The position numbers and the translations under genes are program-made. Source: a virus. From it: a stretch of DNA of 64,000 nucleotides. The stretch is from positions 1 through 64,000 of IMG/VR virus record IMGVR_UViG_3300024264_001700; one strand, 5' to 3'. Below the pieces are notes generated by a model that made no database searches, was not told the origin of the DNA, and saw only the letters and a list, made by a program, of their open reading frames with translations. Below are positions 47,144-57,473 of this stretch, one piece after another; position 1 is the stretch's first letter, and each line of letters starts with the position of its first letter.

Positions 47144-47989
47144 TTACTTATATCCAATTTTCATAAACCTTGAGTATTTTTCTAATTGTAATTCTCCTAG
47201 ATAAAGACAATTATTCATAGGTATAGATAAACTAAATTCCTCAGCATCTTTTGCACAATTTACATGTTCTTCTACTTCATAATAGTTATTGCTTTGTAAC
47301 ACCACTAATTTACCATTTGGAATTTTTGCATACCAGTTGGCAAAGTGTTCTATATGCTCGCAACTGGTATTAATAACTGTATCAGGAGAATCTGTAATAG
47401 GATAACTCATTCTATTATTTTTGTTAGACCAATACTGCCATGTATGTTCATTATAATTTATATCTTGTATATCTTCTACTAATGCTTTAAATTTCCATTG
47501 ATTTGCAAACCAAGGTTTATTGAAGGTCTCGGCTATATCAACAGTTGTCTCGTCAATGTCAAAACTACGAATTTTATCTACCTTAATACCGCTTTCAAAT
47601 ATCATAGTAGCAAGAGTACCATACCATCCTGCACACAAAAATACTGTACCAAGTTCTACATCTATTTTTTTTAATTGTTCAATTAACCATAGTTTGCTTT
47701 GTAATTGCCCTCTACTAAAACAATCATTGTCAATATCAATATGATTTACAAAAAAACTTTTAAAAGCTGCAATAAATTGGGTATCAATTTGTTCATTTAA
47801 TAACAGCCATAACTTCCAAGTATTATCTTCCATTATTAATTTGCGTAAATCTTCTTTGTTTTTGTCAGTAACTAAACGTAATATACTAGACAAATCTTTA
47901 TCAATATAAGATCTACGTAAGTCTGCAAGCTTACTTTTAGTAGGATACATTAATTCAAATCTATCTAATAACTCAAATGTTTGTAGCAT
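47144..47989 (-). CDS. class I SAM-dependent methyltransferase-like protein
   Basis: VFLCAGWYG (motif I-like), SFDID, VINTSCEH, VVLQSNN; start refined. Confidence 0.6.
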   Translation of the reverse strand: MLQTFELLDRFELMYPTKSKLADLRRSYIDKDLSSILRLVTDKNKEDLRKLIMEDNTWKLWLLLNEQIDTQFIAAFKSFFVNHIDIDNDCFSRGQLQSKLWLIEQLKKIDVELGTVFLCAGWYGTLATMIFESGIKVDKIRSFDIDETTVDIAETFNKPWFANQWKFKALVEDIQDINYNEHTWQYWSNKNNRMSYPITDSPDTVINTSCEHIEHFANWYAKIPNGKLVVLQSNNYYEVEEHVNCAKDAEEFSLSIPMNNCLYLGELQLEKYSRFMKIGYK

Positions 47990-48656
47990 CAAACTGCTCC
48001 TGCAACCAATCAAAGTCATTTATTCTACGCAAGTCATCAGGCGATTGTGAGTGTTTTTCACCGTATTTTGTGCCTTGAATAGCACCCTGGATAGCATACT
48101 CTCCAAAGTCTCTATCAGAGCCTACCGTAGTCCAAATTTTAAGTCTTTCATTTGTTTCGTCATCTTTTTGTCTATCAATTACTTTTGCACTTAATTTAGC
48201 ACACTCTCTAAAAGCACTTTTCCATGTTTCAAAAGGTGATATATTATATTGTGTAATATTAGATATCTCAGGCATTGGTTTAAACTTATCTGTAATACTA
48301 GTTGTCATATCAGGCTTACTGGTATCCATGTCAATTGTTGCCTGACGTGGAAATAATTTTATGCCACCGTACCCATACACAAGATCATTAATAGGATTTT
48401 GACTTCTCCATACATGCACATGATCTAACTGATGCTCCGGGACTTCATAATTAAAATCAAAATCATCTACAATTCTTGCATCTGCATCTACAATCCAAAA
48501 CATTTTTGTAAAGCATTTTTTAGCCGCGGCAATATGTGCTTGATGTATTCCTTTTACACCATGCACACGCTTTGCAGTTGGAAAATCTTCTTTTAATCTT
48601 TTCCAGTTCTGTTCAGCATTAATTTCTTTATAACTTATATAAACTATATCATACAT
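47973..48656 (-). CDS. GT-A glycosyltransferase-like protein
   Basis: WIVDAD (DxD), YGYGGIKLF, AFRE; paralog of 54888-55805. Confidence 0.65.
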   Translation of the reverse strand: MYDIVYISYKEINAEQNWKRLKEDFPTAKRVHGVKGIHQAHIAAAKKCFTKMFWIVDADARIVDDFDFNYEVPEHQLDHVHVWRSQNPINDLVYGYGGIKLFPRQATIDMDTSKPDMTTSITDKFKPMPEISNITQYNISPFETWKSAFRECAKLSAKVIDRQKDDETNERLKIWTTVGSDRDFGEYAIQGAIQGTKYGEKHSQSPDDLRRINDFDWLQEQFDATNI

Positions 48657-48661
48657 ACTTT

Positions 48662-48690
48662 ATTATACTTTATTTTTTATTGTTTGTCAA
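48662..48690 (-). promoter_or_regulatory. sigma70-type promoter inside the island
   Basis: minus strand TTGACA(48690-48685)-17 bp-TATAAT(48667-48662). Confidence 0.75.
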
Positions 48691-49903
48691 GATATAACCA
48701 CGGTAGGTATTTTTTTGTATCTTGTTTTCTATAATTGTCTTGTTTTTCAACATGAGCTTTAAACTGTTCTATCTCCATTTTAGGTTTTGTAGTTTCCATT
48801 AAATTAATACATGCAATGAGTTGGTTATAAAGATATGTGTTTCGATCATTTTTCATTTTATCTGCATGTTTAAGTATTTGATTCTTAAGTTTTTGTTTAT
48901 GTTTCTTTCTTAATATACTTGTACAAGAATGCGACGGACTATATGGCCAAATAAAATACGGAATAGTTCTAAAATTCTCTATATGCGAAAACTGATTAAA
49001 GTATTTTAATATATCTACAAATCCATGAATTCCGTAAGTTTGAAATACAGTGTGTATTTCAACTTCATAAGTAGGATGATTTTCAATCAATTCTATTAAC
49101 TTCCTAAAGTTCCTATCAACAACACTCCATTTGCCTGGATACCTTACATATTCGTATAAATCTCCTACAGCATCTATACTTATATGCATACGTACCATTT
49201 TAAATTTAGACAATCTGTCAAAAAATTTCTTAGGCATAATAGTTAAATTTGTATGAAACGTAAATATAATATTTTTGCTTAAATCATTATTATGTAAGTA
49301 ATCGCAAAATTCTAAAAAATCATTGTTTAGTAAAGGTTCGCCGCCTGTTACTAGTAATTCTGTAACAGTAGCCGATATTTTATCTAATGTTATTTTTAAA
49401 TTTTTGTAAGACCATTTATTATTATCAAGAGGCTCAAAAAATTTATACAAATCATTGTATTCTGTTTCAAGCTGATTTGATGCCCAAGGACCGCACATTT
49501 TACATTGTAGATTGCATTTATTGCTCCAAGACAAATCTAGACTTTCTACTGATAAATTAATAATTTCTCCAGTTTCTAAATCTGTATTATCAGTAAATTT
49601 TTCAACTTCAAAAGATTGCAAAACACCATTACGAACACTTGTTCCATTTTTATCTTCTATAGAATAACATGCACTACATATATTAGGCCTATCTCCATTT
49701 AACATTTGTTTGCGTATATTTTTATAAAAATCTTGATTAAAATAATCTTTAATATTTTTTATTTCATCGATGTATATAGGATTACCGTCTGAATCTAGTA
49801 TATCACCACTAGTACTAGTATTACAACAGATTCTCATTCTGCCGTCAGTATGTGTGCTAAAATGTGTCCAGGGATATGGACAAATAACATCTTTAGAATT
49901 CAT
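48677..49903 (-). CDS. N-terminal twitch-domain radical SAM enzyme (type A)
   Basis: ICPYPWTH...RICC...CSACY; SNKCNLQCKMC, TGGEP. Confidence 0.93.
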   Translation of the reverse strand: MNSKDVICPYPWTHFSTHTDGRMRICCNTSTSGDILDSDGNPIYIDEIKNIKDYFNQDFYKNIRKQMLNGDRPNICSACYSIEDKNGTSVRNGVLQSFEVEKFTDNTDLETGEIINLSVESLDLSWSNKCNLQCKMCGPWASNQLETEYNDLYKFFEPLDNNKWSYKNLKITLDKISATVTELLVTGGEPLLNNDFLEFCDYLHNNDLSKNIIFTFHTNLTIMPKKFFDRLSKFKMVRMHISIDAVGDLYEYVRYPGKWSVVDRNFRKLIELIENHPTYEVEIHTVFQTYGIHGFVDILKYFNQFSHIENFRTIPYFIWPYSPSHSCTSILRKKHKQKLKNQILKHADKMKNDRNTYLYNQLIACINLMETTKPKMEIEQFKAHVEKQDNYRKQDTKKYLPWLYLDKQ

Positions 49904-51240
49904 AAATCTAACTCCGGTATATATTGTTTATGATCAATTTTTCTAAAATTATCTAATACTTTTATTCTATTTTTAAAACTTTCAAAGTGCTTTTCATTAC
50001 GAGGAGTTTGTATTTCGTGTATTACTAGATCTATTTTATGAACAATTTCAGGAAACTCTTTAAGTATCAATGAGTTTTTCTTATATTCTTCTAATCTATC
50101 TATTGCAAGTATTTTATTTCTTTCAGAAAGATTATTTACTGCCTGTCCTTCTGGAAAGTAAAGTAAGTTTATGTTATAAGGCCATTCTTTGAAATACGGA
50201 TATTCTGTACTTTGTTCTTCTATCCAATATAACAAATCAGTTAAATTTAATACGTTTAATAAATTTACTGTGATATTAGTTGTTAATTTAACATTATTAG
50301 CACTTAAATATGATTTTGCTTTTTTATAATTAGTCGAAAGTGCCGACCACTTACTAGGAAATCTACAATATTCTTGAACTTTTTCCGTACCGTCAATACT
50401 AGCAATGAGTTCAAACTTTTTAAAATGTGGCATAAAATCTAGAAAACTCTGATGTATGTTTGTTAAATTAGTAGCAACATGTACGTTAATATTTTGACTT
50501 AACCCATTATCAACTGCATATTGTAGTGCTTTGCTTACCCAAGGCATTAACGGTGGTTCGCCTCCGGCAAAACTTAATGTTTCTATGCCAGGTAATATTT
50601 TACAGAAACTATTCCATATGTTTTCGTCATCACTCCAGTCTGGAACATCTATTCCTGCAAAATCTTTGTTGTTTTCTATTATGCCAGGCTTGTCTGATAT
50701 CTTTTCAAATCTTCCTGTATTAACTTCAATTCCGCCATGTGTTTTTGCAAGTGCTTTTAATTCTTTTGCTATCTGACTGCTATCATAACTGTTGCACATT
50801 ACACATTTTAAGTTACATAAGTTGTTAGGTTTTAGTTCTAATCTCTTTGGAGTCTTATCAGAGTGTCCGTTGTTATCTAATATATCGCTCACTCTGTTTA
50901 ACACTTCTCTGTTATTTTTATATTCATTAACAGACCGTTGTCTCATACTTGCAATGCCATCTCTATAACAAATGTCACATGCAGATAATTTTTCACCTTT
51001 ATGCATTTTAGTTCTAATATCTTTTAAACTATTGCTATTCCAAACTTCTTCAAATGTATTGCCGTGAGATATAACAAACTGATCATCAACGCCGCTGTCA
51101 AGTTCTGGTTTTAATGTATCAGCGTAATAGCAGCAAGGTTTTACATGTCCTGCAGGATTAGTGCTTAGTTCTAAAAAAGGATAAAAACAAAAAGTATCAC
51201 TTTCGATTATTTCTTTACGTAACTTATCTACCTTATCCAT
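49900..51240 (-). CDS. N-terminal twitch-domain radical SAM enzyme (type A)
   Basis: FCFYPF...KPCC...WNS...CDICY; NLCNLKCVMC, AGGEP; start refined. Confidence 0.93.
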   Translation of the reverse strand: MDKVDKLRKEIIESDTFCFYPFLELSTNPAGHVKPCCYYADTLKPELDSGVDDQFVISHGNTFEEVWNSNSLKDIRTKMHKGEKLSACDICYRDGIASMRQRSVNEYKNNREVLNRVSDILDNNGHSDKTPKRLELKPNNLCNLKCVMCNSYDSSQIAKELKALAKTHGGIEVNTGRFEKISDKPGIIENNKDFAGIDVPDWSDDENIWNSFCKILPGIETLSFAGGEPPLMPWVSKALQYAVDNGLSQNINVHVATNLTNIHQSFLDFMPHFKKFELIASIDGTEKVQEYCRFPSKWSALSTNYKKAKSYLSANNVKLTTNITVNLLNVLNLTDLLYWIEEQSTEYPYFKEWPYNINLLYFPEGQAVNNLSERNKILAIDRLEEYKKNSLILKEFPEIVHKIDLVIHEIQTPRNEKHFESFKNRIKVLDNFRKIDHKQYIPELDL

Positions 51241-52492
51241 TATATTGCTCCAATATATTGTGAAACTCTGGAAATGTATCTTGAAAACTTGTGTTTCGAA
51301 TCTTATCAAGACCTTGAATATAATCTAGGTATTGCGGATATAACTCCGACAAGTCTTCTTGATACATAAAATCTATTTGATGAGAAATCTTTTCATTCCA
51401 TTGTTTGTTGTCGGGCAATTTTAAGCTAGCCCATTTGTCTTTTATTTTATCTTTTATTTCTTTAGGAAACATTTGCGTACAAAGATATCTCGGCCAATGT
51501 ACTGTTCCTGCATGGAATAATCCATTATGGTGTCTTATACCTATTTTTTTAAAGTTTTGTTCAAGTAACGATGTAGCAAAGTCTGGAATATAAAATATAT
51601 TCATTGCATGTACTGTGCAAAGTATTTTTACTTCAATATTATCAGGTGTATTATCTAATGTATTTAGATTTTCTTGTATAACATTCCAGTCAGCCGGATA
51701 TCTCACATAATCATGATGCTTGCCCCAGGCATCCATACTAATCATTAGTTCTACATATCCAAACTCTTTCCAAAGTTCTAATACTTCTTCTGGCAATACT
51801 GTACCGTTTGTATGATATCTTAGATTAATATGCTTACTATGTCCTGTCTCTACAAGTTTTCGTAGCATTCTATGATGTTCTTTTATAAGCAGAGGTTCGC
51901 CACCGGCAAAAATCATATGACGTATGTTTGCAAACATAGGCTCAAAGTCTTGCCATAGTTTTTCTTTTTTGTACCATTCGAACTTTGTAGTATCAATTTC
52001 TAGTTTGTGCTTCCAATCCCACTTTGCATCTGACTTTAATTCTTCTGCTAGTTTTTTAGCAGGATTTAACCACATACTGCTGTCTTGAGGCCTACACATC
52101 ACACATTGTAGATTACAAGTATTGCCTAATCTAAAGTCTAGTGTTACTAAATCTTCTTCGAGTGTGCCGTCTTCTTGTGTAGCTTCAACTAAACTGTTGA
52201 TTTTATCCTCGCCTAGTTCTCGTTTCCATAATGTATTTTCATTAATACGATGACTGCGGATGCCTGCTGATTCTTCTTTATAGCAGTGTTCGCATGCCAT
52301 GACTTTTTGTCCAGACAACATCTTTTTTCGAGCATCTTTCCAATGTTCGCTGTTCCATATTTCACTTACTGTTTGATCGTTTAAGTTATGCTTATAACTG
52401 TTCTTAGCAACACAGCATAGTAAGGCACTGCCGTCAGTCCATGTAGCCATGTGTGTCCAAGGTAAAACGCAAAATGTTTTCGATTCAGTCAT
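51233..52492 (-). CDS. N-terminal twitch-domain radical SAM enzyme (type A)
   Basis: FCVLPWTH...LCC...WNS...CEHCY; GNTCNLQCVMC, AGGEP. Confidence 0.93.
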   Translation of the reverse strand: MTESKTFCVLPWTHMATWTDGSALLCCVAKNSYKHNLNDQTVSEIWNSEHWKDARKKMLSGQKVMACEHCYKEESAGIRSHRINENTLWKRELGEDKINSLVEATQEDGTLEEDLVTLDFRLGNTCNLQCVMCRPQDSSMWLNPAKKLAEELKSDAKWDWKHKLEIDTTKFEWYKKEKLWQDFEPMFANIRHMIFAGGEPLLIKEHHRMLRKLVETGHSKHINLRYHTNGTVLPEEVLELWKEFGYVELMISMDAWGKHHDYVRYPADWNVIQENLNTLDNTPDNIEVKILCTVHAMNIFYIPDFATSLLEQNFKKIGIRHHNGLFHAGTVHWPRYLCTQMFPKEIKDKIKDKWASLKLPDNKQWNEKISHQIDFMYQEDLSELYPQYLDYIQGLDKIRNTSFQDTFPEFHNILEQYNG

Positions 52493-53606
52493 TTAAATTC
52501 CATATCTCTTTAAAAGAAGGTACCATTTCTAAAAAGTTTAAGTTTCGTTCTTTATCTAGACTACTAATATTTTCTTTTACTAGCTGCCAGCTATCTATTT
52601 GATCCTCACTTAATCTTTCGATCGTAACTTTGTAGGGATTATCAATTATAGCATAGTTATAGTCTAAATTCAACCGATTAAATTTTTCTATAAGATTATG
52701 TTTGGTACTACTAGGCAACGAACTTAGTTGTTGCCAATGCGGCCATCTAATCCAATCCCATTCTACCTTCCACAAAGGCAAATTATTGTGTATGTAATCT
52801 ACCAATTTATCTAGTTCTAATACATTAACTAAATTTACTACAGTGTGAATAATAAAATGCACGTTACTTTTATGTTGCCACCATTCTTCAAATGTTTTAA
52901 TTATCGAAATACAATCATCAAATTTAGAAGGCCATCTATACCAATCGTTTGCAGTATATATACCGTCCATGCTTACACACAAATATACATTATTACATTG
53001 TTCGATTAAATCTTTTAGTTCTTGATCAGGTAATATAGTTCCGTTAGTACAAATTTGTAAATTTACTTTAGTTAAATCTAAACTACGTAACAGTTTCTTA
53101 AATTTAGCACCTTCCATAAAAGGCTCGCCGCCTATAATCTTTAGATCAGTTACATCTAATAAATCCCACTTTTCAAAATCAAAGTCATTTTTTAAAAATC
53201 CCTTTGTTTCTACTCTATTTGCTTTTTTATCTTCAGCTTGCCATTTACTACTAAAAAATCCACTACAATGCGCACATGCTAAGTTACATAGATTGCTAAA
53301 ACTTACTTCTAATTGTTGTACTGGCACAGTTTTATTTTCAGTAGGTGTAAATTTTGAAAGACTATGCTGTCTCATACTGCGTAGGCCGTTGCGCTCATCT
53401 TGATAGCACCCGTGACAACCTTCTACAGATTCTCCAGATAGCATTTTATCTCTAATGTCTTTCCAATGCGCTGTATTACGCACACGATCATTCCAAACAT
53501 AGCTATCTTCTTCGTCAATGTGAGGATATCTACAGCAAGGTATTGTTAAGCCGTTTGGCCTAATAGCCGCTGCAAAAAAAGGATATGAACAAATAGTCTT
53601 ATTCAA
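52485..53606 (-). CDS. N-terminal twitch-domain radical SAM enzyme (type A)
   Basis: ICSYPF...IPCC...CHGCY; SNLCNLACAHC, IGGEP. Confidence 0.93.
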   Translation of the reverse strand: MNKTICSYPFFAAAIRPNGLTIPCCRYPHIDEEDSYVWNDRVRNTAHWKDIRDKMLSGESVEGCHGCYQDERNGLRSMRQHSLSKFTPTENKTVPVQQLEVSFSNLCNLACAHCSGFFSSKWQAEDKKANRVETKGFLKNDFDFEKWDLLDVTDLKIIGGEPFMEGAKFKKLLRSLDLTKVNLQICTNGTILPDQELKDLIEQCNNVYLCVSMDGIYTANDWYRWPSKFDDCISIIKTFEEWWQHKSNVHFIIHTVVNLVNVLELDKLVDYIHNNLPLWKVEWDWIRWPHWQQLSSLPSSTKHNLIEKFNRLNLDYNYAIIDNPYKVTIERLSEDQIDSWQLVKENISSLDKERNLNFLEMVPSFKEIWNLND

Positions 53607-54888
53607 CGCCTAGTTCCTTTGCAAGTTCAGGAATAGCATCTTTAAAACTTTCGTTTCTAGTCTTGTCTAGCATACGAGTATAATTTAAAAAGTTTTTCAT
53701 TAGTGTTTCATGATCTTGATGCTGTTCTTTGCGCATTAGATTAATGATGCCCTGAATTGTAGTTTTAATTCTCGGTTCATTTAATAGCTTACCTTGATAC
53801 GACTCTAAATTAAGTGCAGCCTTTTCTCTAATATGCTGCGGTAGTATTGTTACATCTAAGTAAAACGGATGATCGTTTATCAAATAGTCAATGCCAATTG
53901 GCCTGTCGTATTTTTCACTAATAGAATCTACATAATATAGCATATTATGACAATCTAAAACATTATAAGTTTGTACAACTGGTGAAACGTCTAAATTAAC
54001 ATTTTTTAGTTGTGCAATCTTTTGAAAGTTTTCATCAATTTTTTTCCACTTGCTAGGCGAGCGTATATAATCATTTACTTTTTCGTATCCATCTAGGCTA
54101 CAATTAATTTTTATGTTAGAAAACTTACTAATTAGACTTAAAAATTTATCAGTTACGTTTGTGCAGTTAATGTTAAAGAATATTTCAATCTTATCTTGAT
54201 ATCCTGCTGCAACTATTTCTTCCATAAATCTATAATTGTTGTTTATAAGAGTAGGCTCGCCGCCGGTCATATAAACTTTACTTAAATTTGGAATAAGACC
54301 TATAATCTCATTCCATAAAAAGTTACTATCAAAATTTAAGTCGCTGTCTTTTAAGAAAGTAGGATTTGGTCCCCAGTTATTATTCCAAAATTCTTTGTAT
54401 TCTTCACTTTTTTCGTATGAGCTAAAGTGTTCTTTAGCAATTTGACTGCTATTAAACGGATTACACATACGACATTTAAGATTACACAAGTTTCCTAGTC
54501 TAAGATCTAAATATACAGGTGGTAATTTTACTTCGTAGTTATTTTCTTTTGCACTATTAATAAAGTTGTGCAGTTCGGGTCCTAGTCTATTACGCCACTC
54601 AGCAGTCATTCTAGTTCTAAAGCTATCTAAGCCTATACTTTCTTGTTTGTAACAATGCTTACACGCTTCTACTTGAACACCGTTGAGCATATCTTTTCTA
54701 GCATTTTTAAAAACTTCACTGTTCCATGCATCTTCTACACTGTTTTTGCCAACCATCATAGGAGATCCATCTGCATTACGTGCAAAGGCTGTTGGGCCGC
54801 TTGCAATACAGCAATAACGCATTTTACCATCAGTGTTTAACATAGTACTAATAAATGGCATAGCACAAAAGGTTTTTGATTTTCTCAT
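53599..54888 (-). CDS. N-terminal twitch-domain radical SAM enzyme (type A)
   Basis: FCAMPF...RYCC...WNS...CKHCY; GNLCNLKCRMC, TGGEPT. Confidence 0.93.
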   Translation of the reverse strand: MRKSKTFCAMPFISTMLNTDGKMRYCCIASGPTAFARNADGSPMMVGKNSVEDAWNSEVFKNARKDMLNGVQVEACKHCYKQESIGLDSFRTRMTAEWRNRLGPELHNFINSAKENNYEVKLPPVYLDLRLGNLCNLKCRMCNPFNSSQIAKEHFSSYEKSEEYKEFWNNNWGPNPTFLKDSDLNFDSNFLWNEIIGLIPNLSKVYMTGGEPTLINNNYRFMEEIVAAGYQDKIEIFFNINCTNVTDKFLSLISKFSNIKINCSLDGYEKVNDYIRSPSKWKKIDENFQKIAQLKNVNLDVSPVVQTYNVLDCHNMLYYVDSISEKYDRPIGIDYLINDHPFYLDVTILPQHIREKAALNLESYQGKLLNEPRIKTTIQGIINLMRKEQHQDHETLMKNFLNYTRMLDKTRNESFKDAIPELAKELGVE

Positions 54889-55805
54889 TACTTTTCGATA
54901 TCTATAAGTTTTCTAGAATTTCTAGATGGATTTTGGTAAACTGATTTAAAGAATTTACTTTGTTGTGCATTCAACGGCTGTTCTGCAATAGGAATGTTTA
55001 GTTCATTAATTAATTTAATTCCATATTCTTCTATTTCATAATCAACATCTTCAATTGATTCGAAAGACACTTTCCATAAATCATTTAAGTATTCAAAATC
55101 TCTCACATTTATAAAATCCCAATCTGTACACATTGTCATATGCAATCCTGCACGGGCGCCGAGAATTGCCCATTCACCATGTTCTGCATCAGCACCTATC
55201 ATTAACCAAATATATAAACGTTGTAAATTTTTCCAATGTCCTTTTACTAAATCATATTTGCTAGTACGCACACCTTCGTCCAGCGTCATCTTAACACCTT
55301 CACGGAAACCTGCACGCCATGCTTGCTGCGGTGTTGCATTATTATGCACAGTTGAAAAACAACTATTTTGTTGAATATAATTTAAATCCCAACAAAAGTC
55401 TACTTGTGCATGTGGATTATCGTCTGGCGCATTTTCATGCGTTTTCATATTAAGAACATAATCTTTAGGCCAACATTTTATGCCGCCGTTGCCGTACATT
55501 AACCCGTTAATTATATTTTTGCCGCACCAACTTATTACACTATTTTCTAAATTAGATAATTGATCAAACGGTATTTCTTGATTTATAAACGAACCATCTA
55601 TTTTATTATCGGCGTCTACTGTAATAAAACGTTCTGTTTCACTTAGTTTTGCACATGCTTTATGCGCTGCATCTGATCCTTCTACCCCGTGTACACGTTT
55701 AGCCCAAGGAACTTTACTACACAAATCTGCATAGTTTTTTTCTGCATTTGGTTCATCATATGACAAATAAATAATATCACAGTCTGCTACTCTAAAGTTA
55801 TTCAT
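54888..55805 (-). CDS. GT-A glycosyltransferase-like protein
   Basis: RVHGVEG, ITVDAD (DxD), YGNGGIKCW, AWRAGFRE; start refined. Confidence 0.65.
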   Translation of the reverse strand: MNNFRVADCDIIYLSYDEPNAEKNYADLCSKVPWAKRVHGVEGSDAAHKACAKLSETERFITVDADNKIDGSFINQEIPFDQLSNLENSVISWCGKNIINGLMYGNGGIKCWPKDYVLNMKTHENAPDDNPHAQVDFCWDLNYIQQNSCFSTVHNNATPQQAWRAGFREGVKMTLDEGVRTSKYDLVKGHWKNLQRLYIWLMIGADAEHGEWAILGARAGLHMTMCTDWDFINVRDFEYLNDLWKVSFESIEDVDYEIEEYGIKLINELNIPIAEQPLNAQQSKFFKSVYQNPSRNSRKLIDIEK

Positions 55806-56634
55806 TTTGTGCCTTTCTATTACAATCATATGCAACTGTTGTATATATACTTAATTGTTCTAGGTCAGATTCTTGATCAAATATGAAAGGAATTTTTGCA
55901 GTAATTTCTTCTCTTTTCTCTAAAATTAACCATATCAAATTGTCCTTTATGTATAAACCGCCTGTAGGTGTATCTTTCCTATTAGTAAATACACTATCAA
56001 TTACAACCTTATCTAAATCAATATCTAAATAATCATTAGTTAAACAATAAATTTTGTTATTGTGAAATACATGATCTCCAGGGTAGTATACTGAATCTTT
56101 TTTATTATCCTTTACTTTAATACCTTTGTATACATGTTCGTCTTTATAATCTTTAGAGGTTTGATAAAGGTCAAACTCTAAAAGTCTTATTAATTTACGA
56201 GGATCATGTCTTTTTGTTATACTACATTTGAAAAGTCTATGATTGCCTATATTCTTCGATATAACAGTATTATAAAACTCTGTGCCTATCGTAATTTTCC
56301 ATACTTTTGAGTCAACTATTTGTTCAATTGTAATATCACCGTGTTTTTTAAACAAAATTTCTTTAAAATTATTCCAGTTTAATAAATCTTCTGAAGCAGT
56401 TTTACTTATTAGTTGATACAATTTATCTTTTTTATTATACTGTACACAAAAATCATTTAGAGATTTTTCTTTTGATTTAATTTGTTTTTCTTCTAACTCA
56501 TTAATTTCTACTTTGGAAGTATTTTTATCATTATCGTCAGGTCCAACTTTCCATACATCGCCTGATTTAGTATCATAGTATGCAAAAGTTTTATTTGGAA
56601 CTTGTGTATTTTTTATAAGGTCAAGTAGATCCAT
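55798..56634 (-). CDS. hypothetical protein
   Basis: 278 aa, coupled within the operon; no motif recognised. Confidence 0.65.
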   Translation of the reverse strand: MDLLDLIKNTQVPNKTFAYYDTKSGDVWKVGPDDNDKNTSKVEINELEEKQIKSKEKSLNDFCVQYNKKDKLYQLISKTASEDLLNWNNFKEILFKKHGDITIEQIVDSKVWKITIGTEFYNTVISKNIGNHRLFKCSITKRHDPRKLIRLLEFDLYQTSKDYKDEHVYKGIKVKDNKKDSVYYPGDHVFHNNKIYCLTNDYLDIDLDKVVIDSVFTNRKDTPTGGLYIKDNLIWLILEKREEITAKIPFIFDQESDLEQLSIYTTVAYDCNRKAQNE

Positions 56635-57473
56635 TAATTTTCTCGCTTTGATTCATAAAGAGATATAAGTTTATCGTTACAAAAATCTTTTTCAGTATAA
56701 TGAAATATTCCAGTTTGTATATAATTTCCGACAATAAGTTCTACTTCATCATTTACAAAATAGTCAATTCTGTCTTGCCAGGTATCTGCTATCTTTTTCC
56801 AACCCTGTACATTATTTTTCATATGTGTAAATGTAGGTATACTTATTCTATCATTTGTTACTTGATCTTCGATATTAAGAATTTTAATAACCAACGATGC
56901 TGCTACATCTATACTTAAAAATTTAGGAGTATTCTTTGATATAAATTTAAAATAAAACGCTTCATAGTTATTACAAACTATTTCTAACATCTTATAAAAA
57001 TTCATTGCAGTATCACATTTTTTAAAATAATGAAATCCTACATATGTATTAGGTAAGTCATTTAATTGAAATGCCTTTCTATAATAACTATTTTGTATAC
57101 GATCACCTCTATATGTTTTTACATTTTTTACAAAATACAATTCATAATTATTTAAAATTTTCCACCACGAAGAAATGTCTTGTAATACAATCATATCAGT
57201 ATCCATTACAATAGTTTCGTCATATGGTGATGCATGATAAATCTTCCAACGATTTGAAACTTTCCATGTATCATTAACAGCTGAATCATTCCAGGGAATA
57301 TCAATTATTTTATCAAATATATTTTTATAGTTTTTATCTACAGGATCATTTGTAATTAAGCTTACTTTTGTATTAGGATTAGTATGTATTATACTTAACG
57401 CATTTAAATATGCTTGTTTGACATAGTCGGTTTCATCTGTATTCTGTGCCAACATTACTATGCCCTTAGTCAT
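56634..57473 (-). CDS. GT-A glycosyltransferase (GT8/mannosyltransferase-like)
   Basis: SPYDETIVMDTD (DxD), TFTHMK, FHY. Confidence 0.72.
   Translation of the reverse strand: MTKGIVMLAQNTDETDYVKQAYLNALSIIHTNPNTKVSLITNDPVDKNYKNIFDKIIDIPWNDSAVNDTWKVSNRWKIYHASPYDETIVMDTDMIVLQDISSWWKILNNYELYFVKNVKTYRGDRIQNSYYRKAFQLNDLPNTYVGFHYFKKCDTAMNFYKMLEIVCNNYEAFYFKFISKNTPKFLSIDVAASLVIKILNIEDQVTNDRISIPTFTHMKNNVQGWKKIADTWQDRIDYFVNDEVELIVGNYIQTGIFHYTEKDFCNDKLISLYESKREN

Noticed and set aside
35225-54888. Classical RiPP cluster or moaA/pqqE/nirJ cofactor pathway
   Set aside because: No leader-core precursor, RRE/PqqD, peptidase, exporter or partner cofactor genes visible; not fully excluded
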